Shown here: piece after piece, positions 41,394 to 49,944 of the stretch
Position numbering within the stretch: the first letter of the stretch is position 1
How the letters are laid out: each line of letters begins with the position of its first letter
NCBI RefSeq assembly: GCF_000143415.4
Contig: NW_003314354.1
Coordinates: forward strand, 652,705 to 716,704
DNA from: Selaginella moellendorffii
Taxonomy: Eukaryota > Plantae > Lycopodiophyta
Direction of reading: 5' to 3'
Length of the DNA: 64,000 nucleotides
Notes under the pieces: generated by a model
Told to the model about the DNA's origin: nothing
The model's input: only the letters and a program-made list of their open reading frames with translations
Databases searched by the model: none
Program-made: the position numbers and the translations under genes

Positions 41394-41394
41394 T

Positions 41395-41406
41395 TGGTAT
41401 CGGAGC
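41395..41406 (+). promoter_or_regulatory. Primer-binding site (tRNA-iMet type)
   Basis: TGGTATCGGAGC, 1 nt after the LTR; one mismatch to TGGTATCAGAGC. Confidence 0.9.
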
Positions 41407-41423
41407 AGCACGTTCTTTTGGGG

Positions 41424-42419
41424 ATGGCGGGTGAGCAAGATATTGATCCTGATGAGGAGTATGGCGTTAGTGAGGATAGCCATGACGATGCGGAAGAGAC
41501 TCTTGATGATGTCGTTCTGCGGCAAGGACGCCAGATTTCTGCAGTTCAAAGCGACATAAAGGAGGTTAAGGATTTTGTCAATCTCATCAAGGATTTCTTG
41601 CTTCGCATGAACCCTCAAGGGTTGAATCAATCTCATGTCCGTGATTACCATTGGTACGTCAAACATGCCAAGGATTATGGTATCGTGGAATGGAAATCAT
41701 CACCGGATGTTTGTGATAGTCAAGAGGTTGCTTCTTGGTTGGAATTGTGGGAAAGTTGTTGGTCTCACAATCCTTGTGAGGATAAGGTGAAGATAGATTT
41801 CTTTGTGACGAAGCTTACGGGCCATGCTTCTTCGTGGTGGAAGAACTACATTAAAGCTAATCCGATGCCAACTTCTTGGACTGATTTGATAAAGGTTTTC
41901 TGCGCTTCGTTTGTCAAGAAGTTTGAAGAGGTTGATCTCGTGAATCAGTTGTTAGAGATCCGGCAGGGGACTTTGTCTTTGGATGCGTATGCCCGCAAGT
42001 TCCGTGATCTTTGCCTTAGTCTCACGGGCACCTATAATGAGCTGCTAAAGGTGCAATGTTTTATCAAAGGATTGAGCTCGGTGGATGTGCAGCAGAAGGT
42101 CAAGAAGGATTTTCCAGCAACATTGACTGATGCTATCACTAAGGCTCAGATCTTTTCGCCCGAACCGTCAGTCAACTCGGTCAACTCTGGTCAACGAGAT
42201 AGTCCACGGAGTAGTCAACGTGATGACCAGCTTGCTAATTCTTCATATTCGGGGAAGAAACGGTTGTTATTCCGTTGTGGCTCGAAGCATGAAGATGGCA
42301 GTGAAGCTAAGAAACTTCGTTTGGACCAGCGAGAGAAAGACAAGGCGGAGGGCAATTGTTTTCGTTGCCATAGAGCTGGACATCAGAGCAAGGATTGTTC
42401 TGAAGGGGTCAATGAATGA
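41424..42419 (+). CDS. gag: Retrotransposon Gag (capsid plus CCHC zinc knuckle), 331 aa, intact
   Basis: ATG at 41424; LTGHASSWW, IRQGTLSLDAYARKF, FIKGL and CFRCHRAGHQSKDC. Confidence 0.93.
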   Translation: MAGEQDIDPDEEYGVSEDSHDDAEETLDDVVLRQGRQISAVQSDIKEVKDFVNLIKDFLLRMNPQGLNQSHVRDYHWYVKHAKDYGIVEWKSSPDVCDSQEVASWLELWESCWSHNPCEDKVKIDFFVTKLTGHASSWWKNYIKANPMPTSWTDLIKVFCASFVKKFEEVDLVNQLLEIRQGTLSLDAYARKFRDLCLSLTGTYNELLKVQCFIKGLSSVDVQQKVKKDFPATLTDAITKAQIFSPEPSVNSVNSGQRDSPRSSQRDDQLANSSYSGKKRLLFRCGSKHEDGSEAKKLRLDQREKDKAEGNCFRCHRAGHQSKDCSEGVNE

Positions 42420-42665
42420 TAAGGTGACTGTGGTGGAAATTATAGGCAATGATGTGAGTGATAGTGCTTTTGAGGCCGTATTGCTTCAAGTTAGGCATTC
42501 TCTCGCCTTCATGAGCCACAAGTTTGATGTCACACAGCAGAATTGACCTACTCAAAAATGGCGACATTATCTATATGGATCGGACTTCCATATAGTTTTA
42601 GATCATCAGTCTCTCCAGATGTGGATCTTCGAGGCCGCCTTGCTCGTTGGCAAGAGTTCCTGTAG
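42412..42665 (+). pseudogene. Broken RNase H relic directly after gag (protease and RT absent)
   Basis: NDVSDSAFEAVLLQ..LAFMSHKF..QQN*PT, then deletion of the ELLA motif, KWRHYLYG..DHQSL, a frameshift, and RGRLARWQEFL*. Confidence 0.85.
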
Positions 42666-42668
42666 GAA

Positions 42669-44255
42669 ATGTTTGTTAAGATCCGGTACAAGCATGGAGG
42701 TGACAATAAGGTGGCTGATGTGTTATCCAGGATGGTAAATTCTATCTCGTTCGTGAAGCTATCCAGCGATCTCTTGGATGAGCTTAAGGAGTTTGCTGAC
42801 TTTGACTCCTTTATCACTAATATTCGCGCGAAAGTTTTGTTGAGGGACGCCTCTATGGATTTGAAGGGTGACAAGTTTGCGTCATTCGAAATACGAGATG
42901 GAATCCTGGTGAAGAAGGGACGTGTAGTGGTTCCTCGTGTTGACAAACTCATCAAACGGATTTTGGTTGAGTGTCATGATGTGCCAAGTGCTGGGCATCC
43001 GGGGGTATTGAGAACGTATATGTTGGTGAAGAGGCATTTCTTTTGGCCTGGGATGAAGTCAGATGTTGAGAAGTACGTACGTGGTTGCTTGACCTGCCAG
43101 GCGGTCAAAGTTGATCATCAGAAGCTCGCTGGCCTCTATCATCCTTTACGTGTACCCGAGAATAAGTGGGATAGCATCTCGATGGACTTTATCACTGGTT
43201 TGCCCAAAACCTTTCGAGGAAATGATGCTATTTGGGTTGTTGTGGATCGTTTGACGAAGATGGCTCACTGCTTCTCTGTGAAGACAACGATAAAAGCTTC
43301 TGAACTTGCTCAGTTGTTTGTAGACCGGTTATTCAGTCTCTATGGTTTGCCGGGTGACATTGTGAGTGATCGGGATCCTAAGTTCACGTCCAAATTTTGG
43401 CAAACGGTCTTTGAAAAACTAGAGACGAAACTGAGCATGAGTAGTGGTGAGCATCCACAATCTGATGGGCAGACAGAGCGCATGAATCAGCTATTAGAAG
43501 ATATGCTACGGTCTTTTGTGGGAAACTTGACTCGACAGGGAGTATGGGAAAAATACTTGCCTTTGCTTCAGTTTGCTCACAATAGCGCATATCAATCGGC
43601 TATTGGCATGTCTCCTTTTATGGCGATGTATGGTTATGAGCCTAGGTCTCCTGTGAGTTTGAATTTGGCTTTGGTTCGGGTTCCTCATGCTTGTGATTTC
43701 CTGGAGGATATGCAAGACAAGCTTGAGTTGGCAAAATTGAACATGAGGCAAGCTCAAGAACGAGACAAAAGATTGGCTGATGAGCATCGTCGTCATCAAG
43801 AGTACAAAGTTGGTGACAAGGTTTTCCTTAAGCTGTCGGATGCACAACGGTCTCTAAAAGGAGGTGGCAGTGCTAAGTTGTCTCCACGGTATTGTGGACC
43901 TTGGACAATTTTACAGCGTGTAGGGGATCTTGCATACACTTTGGACTTGCCAGTTAGTTCGAAGATTCATCCAACGTTCCATGTGAGCAAGCTTAAAGCG
44001 TGTTTGCACTCTGGTGATATCGTGGATCAGTCCATCATCCAGGTTCCAGAGATTGATGCAGAGAAGGCTGGTCCGGCCAATATTCTTGCTCAAAGATTGG
44101 TGAAAACACGCCGAAAGACAACTAGGGAGTTGTTAGTTCAGTGGAATGGTTATTCCATGGACGAAGCTACATGGGAAACGGAGGATGACATGAAGAGAGT
44201 GTTTCCGAGTTTTGGTTATGACTTGGATGACATTCCTGAGGAAGGGGAGAATTGA
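42669..44255 (+). CDS. Integrase (HHCC, DDE, GPY/F) plus chromodomain, 528 aa, intact, with its own ATG
   Basis: HDVPSAGH..CLTC; SMDFITGL, VSDRDPKF and DGQTERMN; RYCGPW..IHPTFHVSKLK; ELLVQWNGYSMDEATWE. Confidence 0.95.
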   Translation: MFVKIRYKHGGDNKVADVLSRMVNSISFVKLSSDLLDELKEFADFDSFITNIRAKVLLRDASMDLKGDKFASFEIRDGILVKKGRVVVPRVDKLIKRILVECHDVPSAGHPGVLRTYMLVKRHFFWPGMKSDVEKYVRGCLTCQAVKVDHQKLAGLYHPLRVPENKWDSISMDFITGLPKTFRGNDAIWVVVDRLTKMAHCFSVKTTIKASELAQLFVDRLFSLYGLPGDIVSDRDPKFTSKFWQTVFEKLETKLSMSSGEHPQSDGQTERMNQLLEDMLRSFVGNLTRQGVWEKYLPLLQFAHNSAYQSAIGMSPFMAMYGYEPRSPVSLNLALVRVPHACDFLEDMQDKLELAKLNMRQAQERDKRLADEHRRHQEYKVGDKVFLKLSDAQRSLKGGGSAKLSPRYCGPWTILQRVGDLAYTLDLPVSSKIHPTFHVSKLKACLHSGDIVDQSIIQVPEIDAEKAGPANILAQRLVKTRRKTTRELLVQWNGYSMDEATWETEDDMKRVFPSFGYDLDDIPEEGEN

Positions 44256-44259
44256 GTTC

Positions 44260-44482
44260 TATAGCCGTATTGCTATATGATTTGAGCCGTTTGTTCTATT
44301 CTCATTCTCTTGTTTTCCATGACCGTATTGTCATGTGAGAAAGCCGTATTGCTTTCTTTCTTTCGTGACCGTTTGTTGCGACGTTGGTGTTGCCGTTTGC
44401 ACATCTTTTCTCCATGGCCGTATTGCCTTGGACTCCCTTCATTTGAGGCTCATTTAGCTTCTCGAGGCTACCGTATGTGGCT
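44260..44482 (+). other. Array of 8 stem-loops with conserved loop CGT(A)T(T) in the element's 3' UTR
   Basis: Examples: TATAGC-cgtatt-GCTATA, CATGAC-cgtatt-GTCATG, AGAAAGC-cgtatt-GCTTTCT and TCGTGAC-cgttt-GTTGCGA. Confidence 0.85.
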
Positions 44483-44489
44483 GGGTCAT

Positions 44490-44503
44490 GAGGGAGGGGA
44501 GAA
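44490..44503 (+). promoter_or_regulatory. Polypurine tract
   Basis: GAGGGAGGGGAGAA abuts the 3' LTR. Confidence 0.92.
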
Positions 44504-44615
44504 TGACACGAACCACGGGAATATTCCGAGAATATTCCATGGCCTGTGGGATTTAAGGCCGTAACGCCTTAAGGGTTGGGAGGTTGGCCTAGGGTTCGCT
44601 CTCTTGTTCGTTTCA
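44504..44615 (+). repeat. 3' LTR (112 bp)
   Basis: Identical to the 5' LTR; followed by TSD GCACC. Confidence 0.97.
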
Positions 44616-45072
44616 GCACCTGATCTTTGCCATCTATTTGAAGGCTTTGAATTTCAACCGTTAGATTATAAACATATTCATAAATAATATTCTAAAAATG
44701 GAATAAAAGATGCTATATGCCAATAGCACGTTTAAATAAAGAGTTTGATTTGGAGCGTCATTAAAATCAAAATTGAAGCATTGCCACCCTTTTGGCACCT
44801 GATCTTTGCCATCTATTTGAAGGCTTTGAATTTCAACCGTTAGATTATAAGCATATTCATAAATAATATTCTAAAAATGGAATAAAAGATGCCATATGCC
44901 AATAGCACGTTTAAATAAAGAGTTTGATGATATGCTTATAATCTAACGGTTCAAATTGAAAAACTTCAAATAGATGGCATAGATCAAGTGCCAAAGGAGT
45001 GGCAACTCTTCAATTTTTTAATGACGATCCAAATCAAGAGAAAAAAATTAGGGCAATTGGGCAGATTGTGAG

Positions 45073-45108
<36 letters not shown>

Positions 45109-45479
45109 CTGTGTGCTGAAATTTTCTATTTGCTGCGTTTGATCGGACTGGCTGGGGACTGACGAGCCGGCCGTGCAAAAAAAGTGGCCATTTCTGTGTG
45201 GTTTTTTTCTTGCCAGGTTTAGAAGGATAAAACATTGGAGAAAGCTGGTTTTAATGCCATTGCATTAACAAGAACCTCTTTAAAGAACTAAAATTAACAT
45301 ATGTTTTTGTTTTTATTTAATGTGTATTATGTCCTTAATTGTGTTAATACTTGCTTATCTCCTTATATTATGACCAGTCTGGATTTATATTTTCAGAAAT
45401 GTATAATTAAAATATATATGAGAAAAAGAGAATTTATATCAGGGTTCTTTTGTGAAACATGCACCTTGGACATAGAAGA

Positions 45480-46461
45480 AAATTCTATATCCGCTGAACA
45501 TATTTGAAGAGCTAAATTACTCATATGGGACAAAATAAACATGGTAACCACTCATGCTTTGTGTGACATCAAGAATTGTGACACAAATTTTAGTGGTATC
45601 ACATTTGGTGACAGGGGGAGACTTTAGGCAAACCTTACCTGTTCTTCAAAGAGCTTGCCACACACAAATCATTCAAATTAGTGTTAAATCCTCACCAATA
45701 TGGTCTAAACTCCTAAAGTTCTCATTTCATATAACCTCCTAGGACATTCAGAGTACCATTAACATCCACTACTAGAGAACAATTGATAGATAATGTGTTT
45801 GAAAAACACATAGAGACAAGCAAGTAAAGCCTATTCTCACAATTTTAAATAACCTCTCTCTACAAGTAAATGACTAAGTTCTTTCAAGAATGAGCAACAA
45901 TAACATACAAGAGAATATGAGAGTAGAAACAGAATCAAATGAGAAGATGCTTGACTATCCTATGGAGTTCTTAAATTTGGTAACACTGTCTGGAATGCCT
46001 CCACATAAGCTAAACATAAAAATCAGCTGTATCATAATGCTCTTACATAATATTAACACAAATAAACTACCATAACCAAGGCTTTACCAAACGTCATTGA
46101 AGTTAAAATTTTACACAATGATATGCAGGTAAAAAAAAAAAGAATCTCTTTGAAACCAAAAAAATGGAGATATGCCATTCATTGTAAAATATTAGTAGTT
46201 CTCTCTAAGGCTTGCATTCTCTGTCACAATTTGCAAATAATAAAGACAAACACTGTAAAATATAAAGATATTCTTGCCAAGATAAGTTTTCAACCATGGT
46301 CAACTTTATGTTGCACTCTCAAGGGGAACATCAAAAGACACAAATATCTGTAGAACAATTGTGTACACAAAAACACATAGTCTATAAAAAATTCTTTAAA
46401 ATGATAATATTAAATAAAACATAATTACTATCTCTGCCAGCGGAGCTGGATTCGTTGCTAG
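45480..46461 (+). mobile_element. Helitron Pif1 helicase relic with intact 3' terminus
   Basis: GGDFRQTLPV, YPMEFLN...SGMPPHKL and GQLYVALSRG. Hairpin CCAGC-GGA-GCTGG (46437-46449), then CTAG at 46458-46461 followed by T. Similar to the copy at 16.3-17.2 kb. Confidence 0.88.
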
Positions 46462-47007
46462 TCATATATAAACCTGGTAAAGACAATATTTTTCTGAATG
46501 CATTGAATCATTAAGCTTAGTTCCAAGCAATATCGGCAATCAATTCGGACTGCTTGGAGGATGTTCGGGCTTCGTATAAAAGTGATCTATTAGTGAAGGC
46601 AATCTTGCACTGTGTGAAGTTGTCGAAGTAGAACCCTAGTAGTAAAGTGGCAAAATTTGTTAGTCGAACCAATGCGAAGCTTCACTACTCAAGATGGGCT
46701 TATATTCTATAAGCAAGAGAAATTGTATCTTCCCTCTAAGGATCTGCAACAATTGTTTCTGCGGGAACATCATGATATTCCAGCAGTGGGACATGGTGAA
46801 AAACACAAGACTCTTGCTTCATTAAAAAAGGTATTTTTCTGGTCTAATATGGAAGGTGATGTAGCGGACTATGTCTGTTCCTGCCCTATATGCCAGCAAT
46901 GTAAGCGCAGAACTAAAAAGTAGGCTAGAAAGTTGCAAGTGCATTCCAGCACCGACATGGCCATTTCAGAGTGTGACACTTGATTTCGTCACTTGTTTGC
47001 CAAAAGC

Positions 47008-47681
47008 TGTAGCGCATGTGATCATGGGATGAGATTTGGATATACTGTCACCGTGGATCCTTGGAACCTTAAGGGATAAATGGGGATAAAATAGCCACTA
47101 AGGGCTCTCTCATCAAGCAATTGCCCCTTTTCCAGTTGGCTTAAGGGGAGAGAGATAAGGTGCGCTACAATTGGTATCAGAGAAAATGGCACGGGTTTGA
47201 TTCCCATTGATTAGTGGCTACTTAAAAATATAATATACCCTTGAGCAAGGTATATTCCTACCCCTAAATTTGAAATCGTACGTATTGGACATCCATGCGT
47301 ACGTCCTTCCTCTTGTGTGGAGTATCCACGGACGAAGGTATCCACCGTGGGACTGCGGTACGGGTGGATGACTAGTTGCCTCACATGGAATAGCTGGTCT
47401 ACACAATGGAAGGATTGGTAGATTGAGTGCGGAAATGGAGGTGTTGGTTCCCCTTGGCTCAGTAGGGGTTGTTAGTCAATAGTTAATGAAGACATTGACA
47501 TCTCTGAAGGGGGGGCGAGTGTAGCGCATGTGATCATGGGATGAGATTTGGATATATTTTCACCGTGGATCCTTGGAACCTTGGGGGATAAATGGGGATA
47601 AAATAGCCACTAAGGGCTCTCTCATCAAGCAATTGCCCCTTTTCCAGTTGGATTAAGGGGAAAGAGATAAGGTGCGCTACA
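47008..47681 (+). mobile_element. TRIM (terminal-repeat retrotransposon in miniature), 674 bp
   Basis: 162-bp LTRs at 47008-47169 and 47520-47681 (6 mismatches by eye), with terminal inverted repeats TGTAGCGCA..TGCGCTACA. PBS TGGTATCAGAG, PPT gaagggggggcgag, TSD AAAGC and a 350-bp non-coding interior. Confidence 0.95.
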
Positions 47682-48093
47682 AAAGCTAAGGGTTATGATA
47701 CTTTGATGGTGGTTGTGGATTGGTTGTTGAAGATTGCACACTTTATTCCAACTGTGGGAATAGTGAATGCAAAATAAGCAGCAAAGCTCTTTTTCCATGA
47801 AGTAGTACGAGTTCATGGTCTTCCTATAGAGATGATCTCGGATAGAGATTCGAGGTTTATGGGGAAGTTTTGGGGCACACTGTTCCAACTGTTTGGTACC
47901 AAGTTGAAGTTTAGTATGGTTTATCATCCTCAAACTGATGGGCAGACCAAACGCGTGAATGCTCAAGTTGAGGATTATCTACAGTACTATGTCACAATGG
48001 ACCAATGCGATTAGGTTGAGCATTTGGACACAGCAGAAAACTATTATAACAACACATTCCACAGTGCTATAAGCTGTTCTTCATGGGAGATGC

Positions 48094-49944
48094 TGCAAGG
48101 GAATGCTCGTGGGGTGCTGTGAGACACAAAATCCCTAGGCCCCAAAGTGGAGCCGGAAGGGCGCCACATGGTAGTGGCCGAAGCGAGAGCCAAACGAGCG
48201 TAACACGTTTGGACCAAAAGCTCTGACTTGAAAAGTCAAAAGCGGGAGTGGAACTCCCAACGAAGTGCTCGAGGAACGAGCACGAAGCGAGCAAAAGGCG
48301 AGGCTCCAAAAAGGGACCTAAAAGGACCAACACATGACACATGGGAGTGTCCGAGATGGACTCGAGTTGGAGTCCGAAGTGGAGTCCGAGATGGACCCGA
48401 GTTGGAGTCTGAAGTGGAGTCCGAGATGGACCCGAGTTGGAGTCCGAAGTGGAGTCCGAGACGGACCCGAGATGGAGTCCGAGATGGAGTCCGAAGTGGA
48501 GTCCGAGGTGGACCCGAGATGGACCCGAGTTGGAGTCCGAAGTGGAGTCCGAGATGGACCCGAGATGGAGTCCGAGATGGAGTCCGAGATGGAGTCCGAG
48601 GTGGACCCGAGATGGACCCGAAATGGAGTCCGAGATGGAGTCCGAGATGGACCCGAGATGGAGTCCGAGATGGAGTCCGAGATGGAGTCCGAGGTGGACC
48701 CGAGATGGACCCGAAATGGAGTCCGAGATGGAGTCCGAGATGGACCCGAGATGGAGTCCGAGATGGAGTCCGAGATGGAGTCCGAAGTCGAGACCGAGAC
48801 CGGGACCGAGACCGAGACCGAGACCGAGATCGGGACCGAGACCGAGGCCGAGGCCGAGACCGAGCCCGAGCCCGAGTCCGAGTCCGAATCCGAGTCCGAG
48901 TCCGAGTCCGAGTCCGAGTCCGAGTCCGAGTCCGAGTCCGGAGCCTGAGAGGGTGAAAGCCCAAAGCGTTCGTCTCCCAGACCCTGGGGGGTTTGGTGAG
49001 CTCCAAAAGTATAGTAAGGGGGAGGACTGCAGTGGAGCCAGTTTGGCCAGGAAAGGCCAGTTTGGCCCAGGAAGGCCGGACCCAGTGTTGGGTGATGAGC
49101 TGCCCACTGGGAAGTCCAAGACTAGAGTGAACACAGACCGACAAGCGGGGTAGCTTGGTGAAGTGTTCAAGAGCCGGCTCTAGTTCCCCCGGGAGATCGA
49201 CTGGCCGATGCTCCCAGTCCAAGTGTGGGTGGCACTACCTACTTGGATACCTGTCGTGGCTCAACGGAACCCGCTCTAAGCCCATGGCTAGAGCACCCAA
49301 GGACAGAAGGCGAGGAGAGTACCCAGGTGGCTCGCGTAAGGCCACGGTGTTCCGAAATGTTGTCCTAAAGGCCCAGACTGTGGAAAGGAAGAGGAGCAGT
49401 CCTCTGGGGTAGTGACCAAGGACACAGTCGTGGGGTGAGGAAGTCCCAGAGGGCCGTGGGACTTAGTGGTCGGGCCCGTGGGTCTCGATCCAGTGGCAGT
49501 GTTGGCAAGCACGGCCAGGGGCAGGAAGGGACTTAGTGGGGACTGACAGAGGGACATTGGGGAAGGCTATTCCCCTTGTCGGTGGGCATCCTAAGGATGC
49601 TAAGGAGTGGATCTGAGATGACCACTCACGGATGGTTTGCCTAGTCTTGGAGAGCCAAGACGGTGATGCAAGTGGTATTGGACTACCAGTGTGGCAAAGG
49701 TGATTGGGCATGGCCTTAGCGTAACGGGCTGCTATGTCGGTGGTACCTTTGAGTGTCGGTCATGGGATCGGACACGTGGTGCACTTGGACCAAGTGCAAA
49801 TGTTGAGTGGCATGGATGCCATTCACGGGGCTAGCAAGTCCCAAGTCCTGGATTGGACTTATGGAGGTTGTGAATGAGACTCCTCCAAGTGGTCAGAGGT
49901 GTGGTTAAGTGACTAAAGTAGAATGGAAAATTTAGTCGCTTACA
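48094..49944 (+). mobile_element. Solo LTR (~1.85 kb)
   Basis: Ends tgcaaggga...tcgcttaca, near-TSD GATGC/GGTGC, interrupts the host integrase; homologous pieces lie at 29.8-31.4 kb. Confidence 0.8.
48345..48945. repeat. Hexamer-based satellite (gagatg/gagtcc/gagacc variants) inside the solo LTR
   Basis: About 600 bp of 6/12-bp periodicity with higher-order blocks, ending in pure (gagtcc)n. Confidence 0.95.

Larger units (their letters stand above)
41282..44615 (+). mobile_element. Intact-ended 3334-bp non-autonomous chromovirus-type LTR retrotransposon (Gag plus integrase-chromodomain; no protease or RT)
   Basis: Identical 112-bp TG...CA LTRs, TSD GCACC (41277-41281 and 44616-44620), PBS and PPT. 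Confidence 0.97.
41171..45115. repeat. Target locus of the LTR element: 179-bp unit in two tandem copies plus an inverted partial copy, bounded by (AC)n and (CT)n(GT)n
   Basis: gagtttgat recurs at 44741 and 44920. 44930-45115 is the reverse complement of the left arm. The first unit is interrupted by the LTR element. Confidence 0.85.

Noticed and set aside
42548-44093. Minus-strand ORFs within the LTR element
   Set aside because: They are antisense to the integrase and have no recognisable motifs.
44260-44482. CRISPR-like or REP-like array
   Set aside because: The context is eukaryotic, the conserved part is only ~7-8 nt with irregular spacing, and there are no cas genes. Reported as a stem-loop array instead.
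47008-47169. Cassandra (5S rRNA-bearing) TRIM
   Set aside because: No 5S A/C-box-like sequence is visible in the LTR.
48067-49222. Long ORFs with RS/RD/ES/GL repeats that look like SR-type proteins
   Set aside because: They are stop-free by-products of the hexamer satellite within a solo LTR and are open in many frames on both strands.
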